From: Vermamoeba vermiformis
Taxonomy: Eukaryota
Assembly (NCBI GenBank): GCA_045837725.1
Contig: JBEWZL010000048.1
Location: 62,001 to 126,000 of the forward strand
DNA: 64,000 bases
Direction: 5' to 3'
Below the pieces are notes generated by a model. It did not search any database, was not told where the DNA came from, and saw nothing but the letters and a program-made list of their open reading frames with translations. Shown one piece after another: positions 54,522 through 64,000 of this stretch. Within the stretch, counting starts at the first letter, position 1. Each line of letters starts with the position of its first letter. A program made the translations under genes and the position numbers.

Positions 54522-57500
54522 ATGTCGAAGAGTAACGGTACTCCCAAGCAAGAAAGAAAGAGATTCACCGGCCGTGTGTTAGGTGTTTCTTCTGGTGATA
54601 CTGTCACCGTTTTGGAATTGGACAACGTCAATACCAGAACCGATGAGCCGCCAGCTTTGCTCGAACTTACTTTGTCCAGCATCCAAGCTCCTCTTATCGG
54701 TCGTCAAAAGAACCCCGATGAGGTTAGTATTTTTACATATTATTTTCGAATATTATAGCATATTTGGGCATTTGCTTTGAATAGCTAAAATGAAACTTGA
54801 GATTGCAAAATATTCCGCACTCTAATTGCGTCTCAATTGTTCAAAATTACTCTTAATAATTCCTAAAATATGCGATCAATGCAATAATAATAGACCACTC
54901 GTTAATTGGCTCCAGATATTTTTGGTGGATTGTCATCCTGACTTACGAATTTTCTATTTAGGACTTCGCTTGGGCCGCTCGCGAGTTCCTTCGTCAAAAG
55001 CTGATCGGCAAGAAGATTGCTTACTTCGTCAACTTCCGTTCTGGAAGCAAGGCTTACGGTGAGATCTTTTTGCGCAACGAAGATGTGCGCTTGAGCGTCG
55101 TTCAAGCTGGTTGGGCCACCGTCAAGAAGAAGGACCAACAACGCGAAGGCACTCAACAATTCAAGTAAGTATTAATACGCGAACTAGCTGCCTTTGATTG
55201 GTTTTTACGAGCTCAATTTGATCCGGATATTCTGTTACGTAATTATTCTAAATATTATAACAGTATAACTATAATTATTTGATTAATATTGGCTTAATGT
55301 GAATATTTTTCTTTTTTGTAGCCGTTTTGAAAACTCCTCTCGGCATCCGGGCAATAGAATTGGTTTCTAACCTGCATCTTGTTATCAATAGGGACATCCA
55401 AGCCTTGACTGATGCTGAGGAGAAGGCTAAGAATGAGGGCCGCGGCAAGTACAGCAACAAGAAGAACCAAGCTCAACGAGACGTCATCACCAAGTTCAAC
55501 AACGTGGATGTATTCTCTCAACTCAAGGGCAAGCACGAGAATGGTAAGTAATCGTACTGTCTTACAGTCGCTATTATCAGATTACCAAGAAACGGTTCTG
55601 CGCTATTATTGGCATTAGACGATGATAGCAAGAAAAATTATACTCGGATGCAGTCTTCAATATTCGAATTTGTGGAGAATTTAAACTCCTAATAATACAA
55701 TGCAATAATAATGGCGCACCGCATCGTTATTCTACTCAATTTCTCATGTTCTAACACGTCATCTGTTATCTTCAGCCATTGTCGAGAAGGTCATTACTGG
55801 CTCTACTTTGCGTGTGTATTTGACCAAGAGCAAGTACTCGCTCGTCGTGCAGCTCTCAGGCGTTGTTTCGCCCAACTACAAGTACAACTTGCCTGAAGAT
55901 CAACAAGACCACTACGCCACTGCCGCCAAGTTCTTCACTGAGTGCTGCTTGTTGAACCGTGACGTCGATGTTGTCCTCGAAGGTACGTGCATCAGATATA
56001 GCAGTATTGCCTCATTGGGACTCTTTGTTGCGTTTTTTTATTTTGAAACACATCCCAAATCCATTCATTCCTTCGAGTTTTTCAACAGTTAGGCGTGGTT
56101 ATTAATATGATTTCGTGCAGGTATTGACAAGGGTGACAACTTCTTCGGCACCGTGTTGTACAACGACAAGAACATCGCTCTTGAATTGTTGCGTCAAGGT
56201 CTCGCTACTTACGTCGATTGGACTGGCAGCAAGACTGAATTCGCCAACGAAATGCGCGATGCTGAAGCGTAAGTACTCGATTGGTCCATTTACGTTGGTC
56301 GCAGAGAGTTTCAGATCTGTTCTTTTGACCGTTACACGGAAGCAAGATCTGCTTAGCAATTTAAGAACGCAAGAGAGCATACGATACGAAGCCTATTAGG
56401 TTGACGGAAGTCGTGACTGAACCAAGAGTGGTTTACGACCGATTTTTATTGAGCTAAGTGGCTTTGTTTCGTTTAAGCTTCGATTGGCGCGGGATCTGGT
56501 GCAGTATTGTTAGTACGGCAAGTAGTGACCCGAACACGCAGTTGAAAAGCGTCTCGGGCACGACCACACTAACAAGAATGCACCGCTTCCCGTCCGATCA
56601 GCGAAGTTAAGCTTGTTCAGGCCTTCTTAGTACTGGGGTAGGAGACTACCTGGGAATCGGAGGTGTTGTGCTCTTCTCTTTTTTGCTTTTGCTCTTTTTT
56701 GCTTTTGCTCTTCTTGCTTTCACGACTATTATTTACTTTGCCTTGTTATTGTTTATGCCTTGTTTTTTAACAACAATTTTTTTTCGGATGTAGTGCCGCC
56801 AAGAAGCAACAATTGCGCCTCTGGCAACACGGAGTTCACCGTGAAGCTAGCGCCGCTCAAAACCAAGCTAAGGAGAACAAGTCTAGCAAGTAAGTAGAGA
56901 TCAAGCAGCGGAACTGGAGTCACTCAGATTTAGATTTTTTGATCTGATTTTCTTGCTTGATACTGACCTGAGACTTATAGGAACGAACTTGTTGGTCGTG
57001 TTACTCAAATTATCAACGTTGGTACCATTGAAGTTGCCGAACTCGAAGGGTAAGCCCAGAACCAGATTTTCAACCGATCTTCCAAGATAAGCCCTGGAGG
57101 CTCTTCTTTTAAATAGTATGACGTACTAATATTTACTCATGATAGTAACGGATTGGGCCGTCGCCACAAGGTCACCTTGAGCAGCATCATTGTTCCTCGC
57201 ATGATGAACAAGGATGAGCTGGCCAAGGAGAAGGAAGAAGGTGCCAAGACCACCAAGGAAGACGATCAACTCGAGGCTGCTTATGCCTGGGAGGCTCGCG
57301 AGTTCTTGCGCAAGAAGCTCATCGGCAAGAAGGTCAGATGTGTTTTCGACTACGAGCGCAAGCAACAAAAGGGCGAAAAGAAGGAATGCTACACTGTCTA
57401 CCAAGACAAATCTAACATTGCCTTGGACCTCACCAACGCAGGCTATGCTAAGGTTGTTAAGCACGGTCGCGACGACCTCCGCTCAGCTGAGTACGAAGAG

Positions 57501-59262
57501 CTGATCTTGGCCGAGAACAACGCGCAAAAGCAAGGCAAGGGCTGGCACGGTCCTCGCGGCAAGAAAGCTGCCTTGCACTTGAACGATTTGTCCAGCGCTG
57601 ATGCCACCAAGGATGCTACTAAGCTTAAGGGCATGTTGCCTTTCTTGACACGCACTGGCAAGGTCAATGCTGTAAGTACATTCCGAATGTGGTTCGATCG
57701 GACATTATTCTCTCGAGTTTATACTCCTATTGCCTTAAAATATTTCCGTAATATTATATTAACCTATTTTTAGGTCGTCGAAATGGTTTTCAACGCCACT
57801 GGTTTGAAGTTGTGGATCCCTCGCGAGAGCTGCATGATCTCCTTCGCTTTGCAAGGTGTTCGTTGCGAACGCGTTGAGAAGACCAAGGACGGCAAGGTCA
57901 ACCCCGCCGCTGAAGGCAGCCAAGCCTACTTGTTCGCTCGCGACCACCTCATGCAACACGAGGTTGAAGTTGAAGTTGAAGCTTTGGACGCCAAGACTGG
58001 TCGTTTCTTGGGCAACCTTTACATCAACAAGAAGAACTTCGCCGTCACTTTGTTGCAAGAGGGCTGGGCTTTCTTGAACTACGGTGTCGCCAAGAACTTG
58101 AAGAATGCCTCTGAGCTCCGTGAGGCTGAAGAGTCCGCCAGAGACAAGCGCAAGAACCACTGGGTCGACTACGATCCTAAGGTTGAAGAAGAGGCCCGTG
58201 AGAAGCGTCGTCAAGAGAACGCTGAGAAGCGCAAGCCTCAAGCCACTCCTGAAGTGATCAACATTGTTGTCACTGAGATCTTGAGCGGATCTGAGTTCTA
58301 CTACCAGACCGTTGGTGAAGAGCTCAAGGCTTTGGAACAAGTCGAGAAGGCTCTCCGCGAACAATTGACTTCCGAGGAGTTGAGCGAGGCCTTTGACTTC
58401 AACAAGGCTGGTGTCAAGCTTTGCGCCGCTCAATTCAGCGCTGACGGTCAATGGTACCGCGCTGAGATCAAGGGTGTTGCTGATGACGGCGAGTACATCG
58501 TGCAATACGTTGACTATGGTAACGTAAGTATAGCTAAGCGGAGATGAGGTTCGATCAAACAGATCCTCTTCAATGATCGTTGGAGCAGATCTTGCATCCT
58601 TTTACCACGCACATTTGATATCCTTATTTTGGTGATTTATTTCAGTCTAATTTGAGGTCAAGTAGTGTGCAATATTCAAAATCAAGATCTGCTCTAACGC
58701 TACATCCACAATTTTTTCACCCTCGTACTTACACCTTTAAATACAGATGGAAAGCGTCCCTGCTGTTCCTTCCCGCATCCGCAAGTTGGACGATGCTTTC
58801 AACGAGACTGTTTTGCCTCGTCAAGCTCGTCTTGGCAAGCTGGCCTACTTGATCTGCCCCGACCTCGATGACGAGTGGGGCCGAGACGCCGCTGCCGCCT
58901 TGAAGTCCCTCGTTTGGGGCCACGAGTTGGTTGCCAACCCTCAATCCCAAGAGGGCAACGTGACCACTTTGATCCTCGGTGAGCCTGAAGGCAAGGTCCA
59001 CGTCAACGCCGCCATGGTCCGCCAAGGTCTTGCTCGCGTTGAGCGCCGCTACGAGCCTTACTTGCAACAATTGGTACGTAGCCCTGTGTATTACCATATT
59101 AGGCAATAGAAGTACTCACCGAGGTGTTATTTTTAGATTGACAGACTCCGCGAAGAAGAACAACACGCTCGCACTAACCACTTGAACATGTGGCAATACG
59201 GTGACATCCCCGATCAAGAAGAGGATGACGATTACAACAGAAAGAACAGACGAAGAAAATAA
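54522..59262 (+). CDS. SND1: Tudor staphylococcal nuclease (SND1/p100)
   Basis: Repeated SN domains (VSSGDTV, FAWAAREFLRQKLIGK, YAWEAREFLRKKLIGK); Tudor domain CAAQFSADGQWYRA...VQYVDYGN; ends NMWQYGD. Confidence 0.95.
56556..56674 (+). rRNA. 5S rRNA gene inside a Tudor-SN intron (56269-56793)
   Basis: 119 nt; helix I GGGCACGAC pairs with GTTGTGCTC; conserved GCACCG..TCCCGTCCGATC.GCGAAGTTAAGC, TTAGTACT and CCTGGGAA; T-rich terminator follows. Confidence 0.93.
56671..56720 (+). terminator. Pol III terminator region with tandem CTCTTTTTTGCTTTTG units
   Basis: T6 runs in repeated 16-nt units immediately 3' of the 5S gene. Confidence 0.7.
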
Positions 59263-59412
59263 GCTGATAGAGCTTAGAAGTATGTAATAATGTGGGTGTA
59301 GTATAGATCCGGATATAAAAACCCAAAACAATTACAAAAATATTGCAGGCCCATCTTCTTGCAGTCTGACTGAAGCTTTAATGGTTATGTTGCAGGAAAC
59401 AATACATCGCTA

Positions 59413-60807
59413 TTAAAACGTGACCAACAACGTAAATGCAGCCAAATACATAAACAAATTCTCGCCGCGAGATCCGCTACTGACATTGCCAGGAGCTCGA
59501 GCAGGTGTAGCACTGCTAGATGGTGCCGCGGTGTTAGATGGTGCCACGTTGTCGTTAGGCGTGGCCGTGGTTTCTGGGGTGGAACTTGGGGGCTCTTCGG
59601 TTACCGGTGGAGCTGGCGCAGTAAACCGCCACAAAATCTTGTCTATGTAGCAACGAGCACGTGCGGCCTGTTGTGGAGTGAACGTGGTTTTGCAGCTCGC
59701 AGGTGTGTTTGTCATGTAATTGTTTAGCGGCCGTGTAGACAGATCGATCTGACTAAACGAGGCACCGTTACAATCCGTAGTCGCTGTACAAGCGAACAAA
59801 ATTAGTTAACAATTCTTAAGTATACTGCTAGTACGTCTAATGACTGTTTCAAGCAACGGCTGACTTACTTCCACCATTCAACTCTGTGCACGAGAAAGTA
59901 GATGGCACTGGTAAAGTGTCGTTACAGAAATCTCCGACAATATTTAAGTCAGGGGAATCCAAGGCCTCACTGCACGTACATGAGTCAATAAATGCATGAT
60001 ACAGACCTGTCAAACAATAGGTATTAGTTCTCGGAGATAATTTCAAATTTTTTGATTAGGTCTCCAATTAGTACTCACCAAAAGCGTGACCTAGTTCGTG
60101 TAGCATGGTTGAAGAGCCTGCGTCTAATCCGCCTCCGTATATGTTGATAAGACCGTAATAATATTCCGGACTTTGATCAAAATTGATATTTTGTGGAAGA
60201 TAATAATAGCCTCCAGTAAGCGTGTTGTCGCTAAAAGTAGAGAATATTAGCGTCATTGAACCAGGAACTGATAATTCTTTGGCGACTTGAGCGTTTGTGT
60301 CGTAGGCGTTAGAAACCAAGGAAGTGTATTTGTCCGTAACATTAACGGTAATGTCCCATTCCACTTTGAAGAACGTCATATATTGTTGCCTCAATAACTC
60401 AATCTATATTTACCAAATTAAAAAAATTAAGATGAACCGAACCGATGAAAAAAGAACTCAAATCCTGCTTACTTGCGTGTTGAAATTGGTCAAAATGTCT
60501 GCCGATAAATCACTGGAGCAAAAAACGACGTAGAGTCTTAGCCTGACAACAGGGGTGTTTGGTCCAACGTAGTACAAATCCCTACGCAAGAAAAAAAGTC
60601 AAATAAGTTATAATTACTGTACGATTATAGTCATAATTACCTAACATCAGGGTCGTCGCATTCGTGTTTGCCACACGCGGGTATGCCCTTGGCGGATGTG
60701 GTTTGGCCGGGAGGCGGCGGAGGAGTAACGCATTGGAAATCAGAGGAGGCCAAATGCGCTGTTGCTACTCCGATATACAATATTAAAACGAAGAAATACA
60801 CCTTCAT
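59413..60807 (-). CDS. Secreted, GPI-like anchored M43 (pappalysin/ulilysin-like) zinc metalloprotease
   Basis: Signal peptide MKVYFFVLILYIGVATA; HELGHAFG|LYH zinc motif; GDFCNDT; NNYM Met-turn; FTPQQAARARCY. Confidence 0.88.
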
Positions 60808-61120
60808 AGTCGTCTCTTAGACCAAAATAGTCAAATATTGCCGATACTGTCAGTTTTTTCCCTGATGAAATTTGGAAAGCGGACCTTCACCCGGAAAGCG
60901 GAACGACAGCGGTTTTACGCGATCGAACATTCTAGCATGCGCCAAAGTCGACTCAACTCTCAATCATTTAATGGACGGACTACCAAAAGTTATTATCTGA
61001 GATCTGGTCAGCGCTTCTTACCAGGTGTCGAACGAACAGTGGTCGGTCCAAATACAATGGAATCACTGAAAGAAGAAGTACGTCACCTTTGTAGGCCCAA
61101 AAAAAAAAGCCTAATTTGGT

Positions 61121-61340
61121 GATCCAAACGAATGCAATTCCTCCATACAACTAGTCTCGTGGTATTAACGAAGGACTAGTCACTTTTACTATGGACAGCA
61201 TTAATTCAGACTCTTGTGGTCTGCCATTCGATAACTACTTCGCCGCTAAAGTCATGACAACGACTGGTGGTCGGGCGGATCTTGGTCCGTTGAACGTATT
61301 CGATTACCCGAGACTGATTTCTTACTCGATCTGACTGAAG
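61121..61340 (+). pseudogene. Decayed partial duplicate of the downstream gene, with internal deletions
   Basis: Matches 62501-62668, then short pieces of about 62760-62877; contains stop codons and substitutions. Confidence 0.85.
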
Positions 61341-61658
61341 CTACAATGGTAAGTATTTAAATGATACGTGTTTTTTTGGCCAATCTAATAATTTATAGTG
61401 TTGCTGATCGAGCGAATTTTTTGGCTGCCTTAAAGGACAGTTTCTACTTATTAATAATGCAGTTACTGTTAGGCCCTTAATCTCAGTCATTCATTAGGTC
61501 GGTCAACGTGCTCTGTTGATTGGAAATGTCAGATTATTTGATGATTTTGACATTTACGCGTCCGGTCCCGTGTGAGTCACTTGACGAACATTTAAATTTC
61601 TTGCTCGAGATTTTTTTATTATTTATTTTTTGCTGCGCCGTTAAACAATATCTGACAA

Positions 61659-63908
61659 ATGTTTGTCTTTCGCTATTGCAGATCCCTGGCCTTGGTGCTA
61701 TGCCTATGCGCAATAATTTCCATAAATGCGCAGGTTATTATTGCCCCGACACCTCCTCAACCGAGTAGCTCGACTGAAGTGGTTGGATTCATCTTCCAAA
61801 ACCCTACAAATCAATCTCTACCTGCCCAGCACATCGTTTTTGGACATCCGTTCGTGGAAGGAAGATTAAAAACAGCCTCTTCAGTAGCTGTTGTTCAAGC
61901 CACCTCCGGATCTACTTCTGTTCCTGTCCAAATTAGCGTCAAAGCGACCCATACGGATGGATCTGTCAAGCACGCAGTATTAGTGGCCCAACAACCGTCA
62001 CTTGATGCAGACAGTTCATTGCCCTTAATGTTGACAACGAAGTCTGCCTCGAATATTGGATCCACGGTTGATTTGGGTAACTTCCCATCTGCATCTGTCA
62101 CAATTTCGATGACAATTACGCAACCTGCTTCACAAACATTCAATGTTGATGTCTCTTCAGCCCTTAAGACTGCCTTATCATCCAACAGCGTCTCGTATTT
62201 CTTCCAAGGACCATTGGCAACTCAAGGACGAATTATTTTGCCCGTCGTCAGCTCCTTCCGCTTGGCCCTCGACATTACGCTGTTCTCTGATGGCTCTTAT
62301 TCAGTCGATATTCAATATTTGAACGATATTGCAATGGCTCCTGTCGGCGGAACAATTGTTTACAGCACAACGATCGCATCCAACGTAAAAACTGTTTACA
62401 GCGCAGCAGATCTGACCCACTATCAATACCAAACATGGCACTATGTCTACTACTCTAACCAAGAGCCTCTCGTCAACGTCCAGTTCGATGTTTTGAGCTT
62501 GATCCAAACGAATGCAATTCCTCCTTACAACTACACTCGCGGTATTAATGAAGGACTAGTCACGTTTACTATGAACAGCATTGATTCAGACACTTGGGGC
62601 CAGCCATTCGATAACTACGGCGTCACTAAAGCCATGCCAATGACTGGTGGTCGAGCGGATCTTGGTCCTCTGCCCCTCTATACCACTGCTTGGATCATCT
62701 CACAAAACAACTATATTCGACAATATATGCTGGGTTGGGGAGAGGCTGCCGGCTCGACACCGTTGAACTACTTTGCCAAGAATGAATCACGCTGGTTGAA
62801 TGTATTCGATTATCCGAGACTGTGGTTGGACACGCGGTGCATTTCTTACTCGATCTGTCCGACACAATTCACTGAAGAGAACACGTGGCAGCTCGACACC
62901 GCGCACTTGCCTAATATGGCATTTGTGCCCTACATGGTCACTGGTCGACGCTACTACCTGGACCGCATGGAGGCTGTTGCCGCGTGGGTAGCCAGCACCA
63001 CTTGGGACGCACTTCGACGTCAAGGTGGTGAAGCTGAAATGGGCTTGTTGTACGGCGAACAGCTGCGAGGTGCTGCGTGGGGCCTGCGAGAAGTCGTGTA
63101 CGCCAAGTACATTAGTCCTGATGACACGCCGATGAGAAGTTACTACGACAAGATGGTCTTCAATCATTTGTCGTGGTTGAACAATCAAACTGATTCGTGG
63201 ACAGCTAAGACTGGTGAAGTCTATGGCATCATGCTGGCATTCAGTTACGGCGGAGATTTCATTGTTCCGCCCTGGCAGACCGATTTCTTCGCGAGCACAA
63301 TCTCCACGGCACAAAGACAAGGCGAACCATTGGCCAAACAGTTCCTAAAGTGGTCCAAGAACTGGGACGTTGGTCGATTTTTGCACGATCCGCCATTCAA
63401 CAAACAAAACGGCGTGGCGTATAATATCTGGTACGGCAATGCTACTGAATTTGTCACTACGTGGGCGCAGTTCCAATACGAACAAGAGGCACGTGGCTAC
63501 AATAATGTCAATTTTAAAGAGAGCAACGGATATTACAGTCAACTGGGACTGATGACACTTGTCATGCATCAAATCAATGACCCGAGTGACAACGATGCCG
63601 TCACTGCTTTTAACTGGTTGTCAACTGCTGGTGCTCCTTATACTACCGAGAATGATTTCAGAAACGATCCGACATTCGGGTAAGTGGTAGATCAAACTAA
63701 AAAATATTGAAAAATATCTGTGAAAAATTTATCTAATGATGATATTTTGTTTAGTATGGCTCCTTACCCAGCACGCGTCAATGCACCCGATACAGAAATT
63801 GTTGCAGCACCAGTGTCGGGTCCTGGTGCTCCACTAGCCACTTCATTCGCCTTGCGTTTGAGTGCTATGTTTGCCTTGTTAATGCTCGCTCAAATTTTCG
63901 TTCTGTAA
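61659..63908 (+). CDS. Secreted, GPI-like anchored protein resembling bacterial carbohydrate-active-like hypothetical proteins
   Basis: Signal peptide; VFGHPFVEG, DGSVKHAVL, MPMTGGRADLG, DTAHLP, EQLRGAAWGLR, PPWQTDF. One 2-kb exon plus a short last exon (intron 63680-63754) that encodes the hydrophobic tail. Confidence 0.75.
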
Positions 63909-64000
63909 TAAAATTTCGTTGTCATACCAATTTACATTCTTCGAGTACAAGCTGAGATGGGTTTTACAAACCTTCCTCTTTGTCACAAAACCGTTAAAGG

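Noticed and set aside
57759-58505. 248-aa antisense ORF
   Set aside because: Shadow of the strongly codon-biased Tudor-SN exon; no recognisable motifs.
58618-58626. ATATCCTTA U12-like donor
   Set aside because: It lies inside an ordinary GT-AG Tudor-SN intron, has no TCCTTAAC branch site, and is not needed to keep the frame.

Overview
Gene-dense eukaryotic DNA from a protist, probably an amoebozoan; this is inferred from gene content and not confirmed. It has short GT-AG introns (GTAAGT/GTACGT donors, CTAAY branch sites) and appears to use the standard genetic code. About 27 protein genes were reconstructed by eye: two FG-GAP-like surface proteins, two inverted clan GH-A glycoside hydrolases, GUCD1, F-box/LRR genes (two with lesions), EGF- and PA-domain multi-TM proteins, a Nur1/Mug154-like protein, two tandem Zn2Cys6 factors, DPM1, PRMT3, a minimal ATP-dependent DNA ligase with two PBZ fingers, a Dispatched-like protein with 13 Cys-rich repeats, an F-box/small GTPase fusion, a metacaspase, a CBS protein, a HEAT protein, a Clu-domain protein, Tudor-SN, an M43 metalloprotease and a bacterial-like GPI-anchored protein. 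Non-coding highlights are a complete 5S rRNA inside a Tudor-SN intron, two identical tRNA-Phe(GAA) genes (one intronic), a U12 AT-AC intron, a GC-AG intron and an apparent excess of GATC in introns. CDS coordinates run from start to stop codon and include introns. Splice models were built by hand and no database searches were run.
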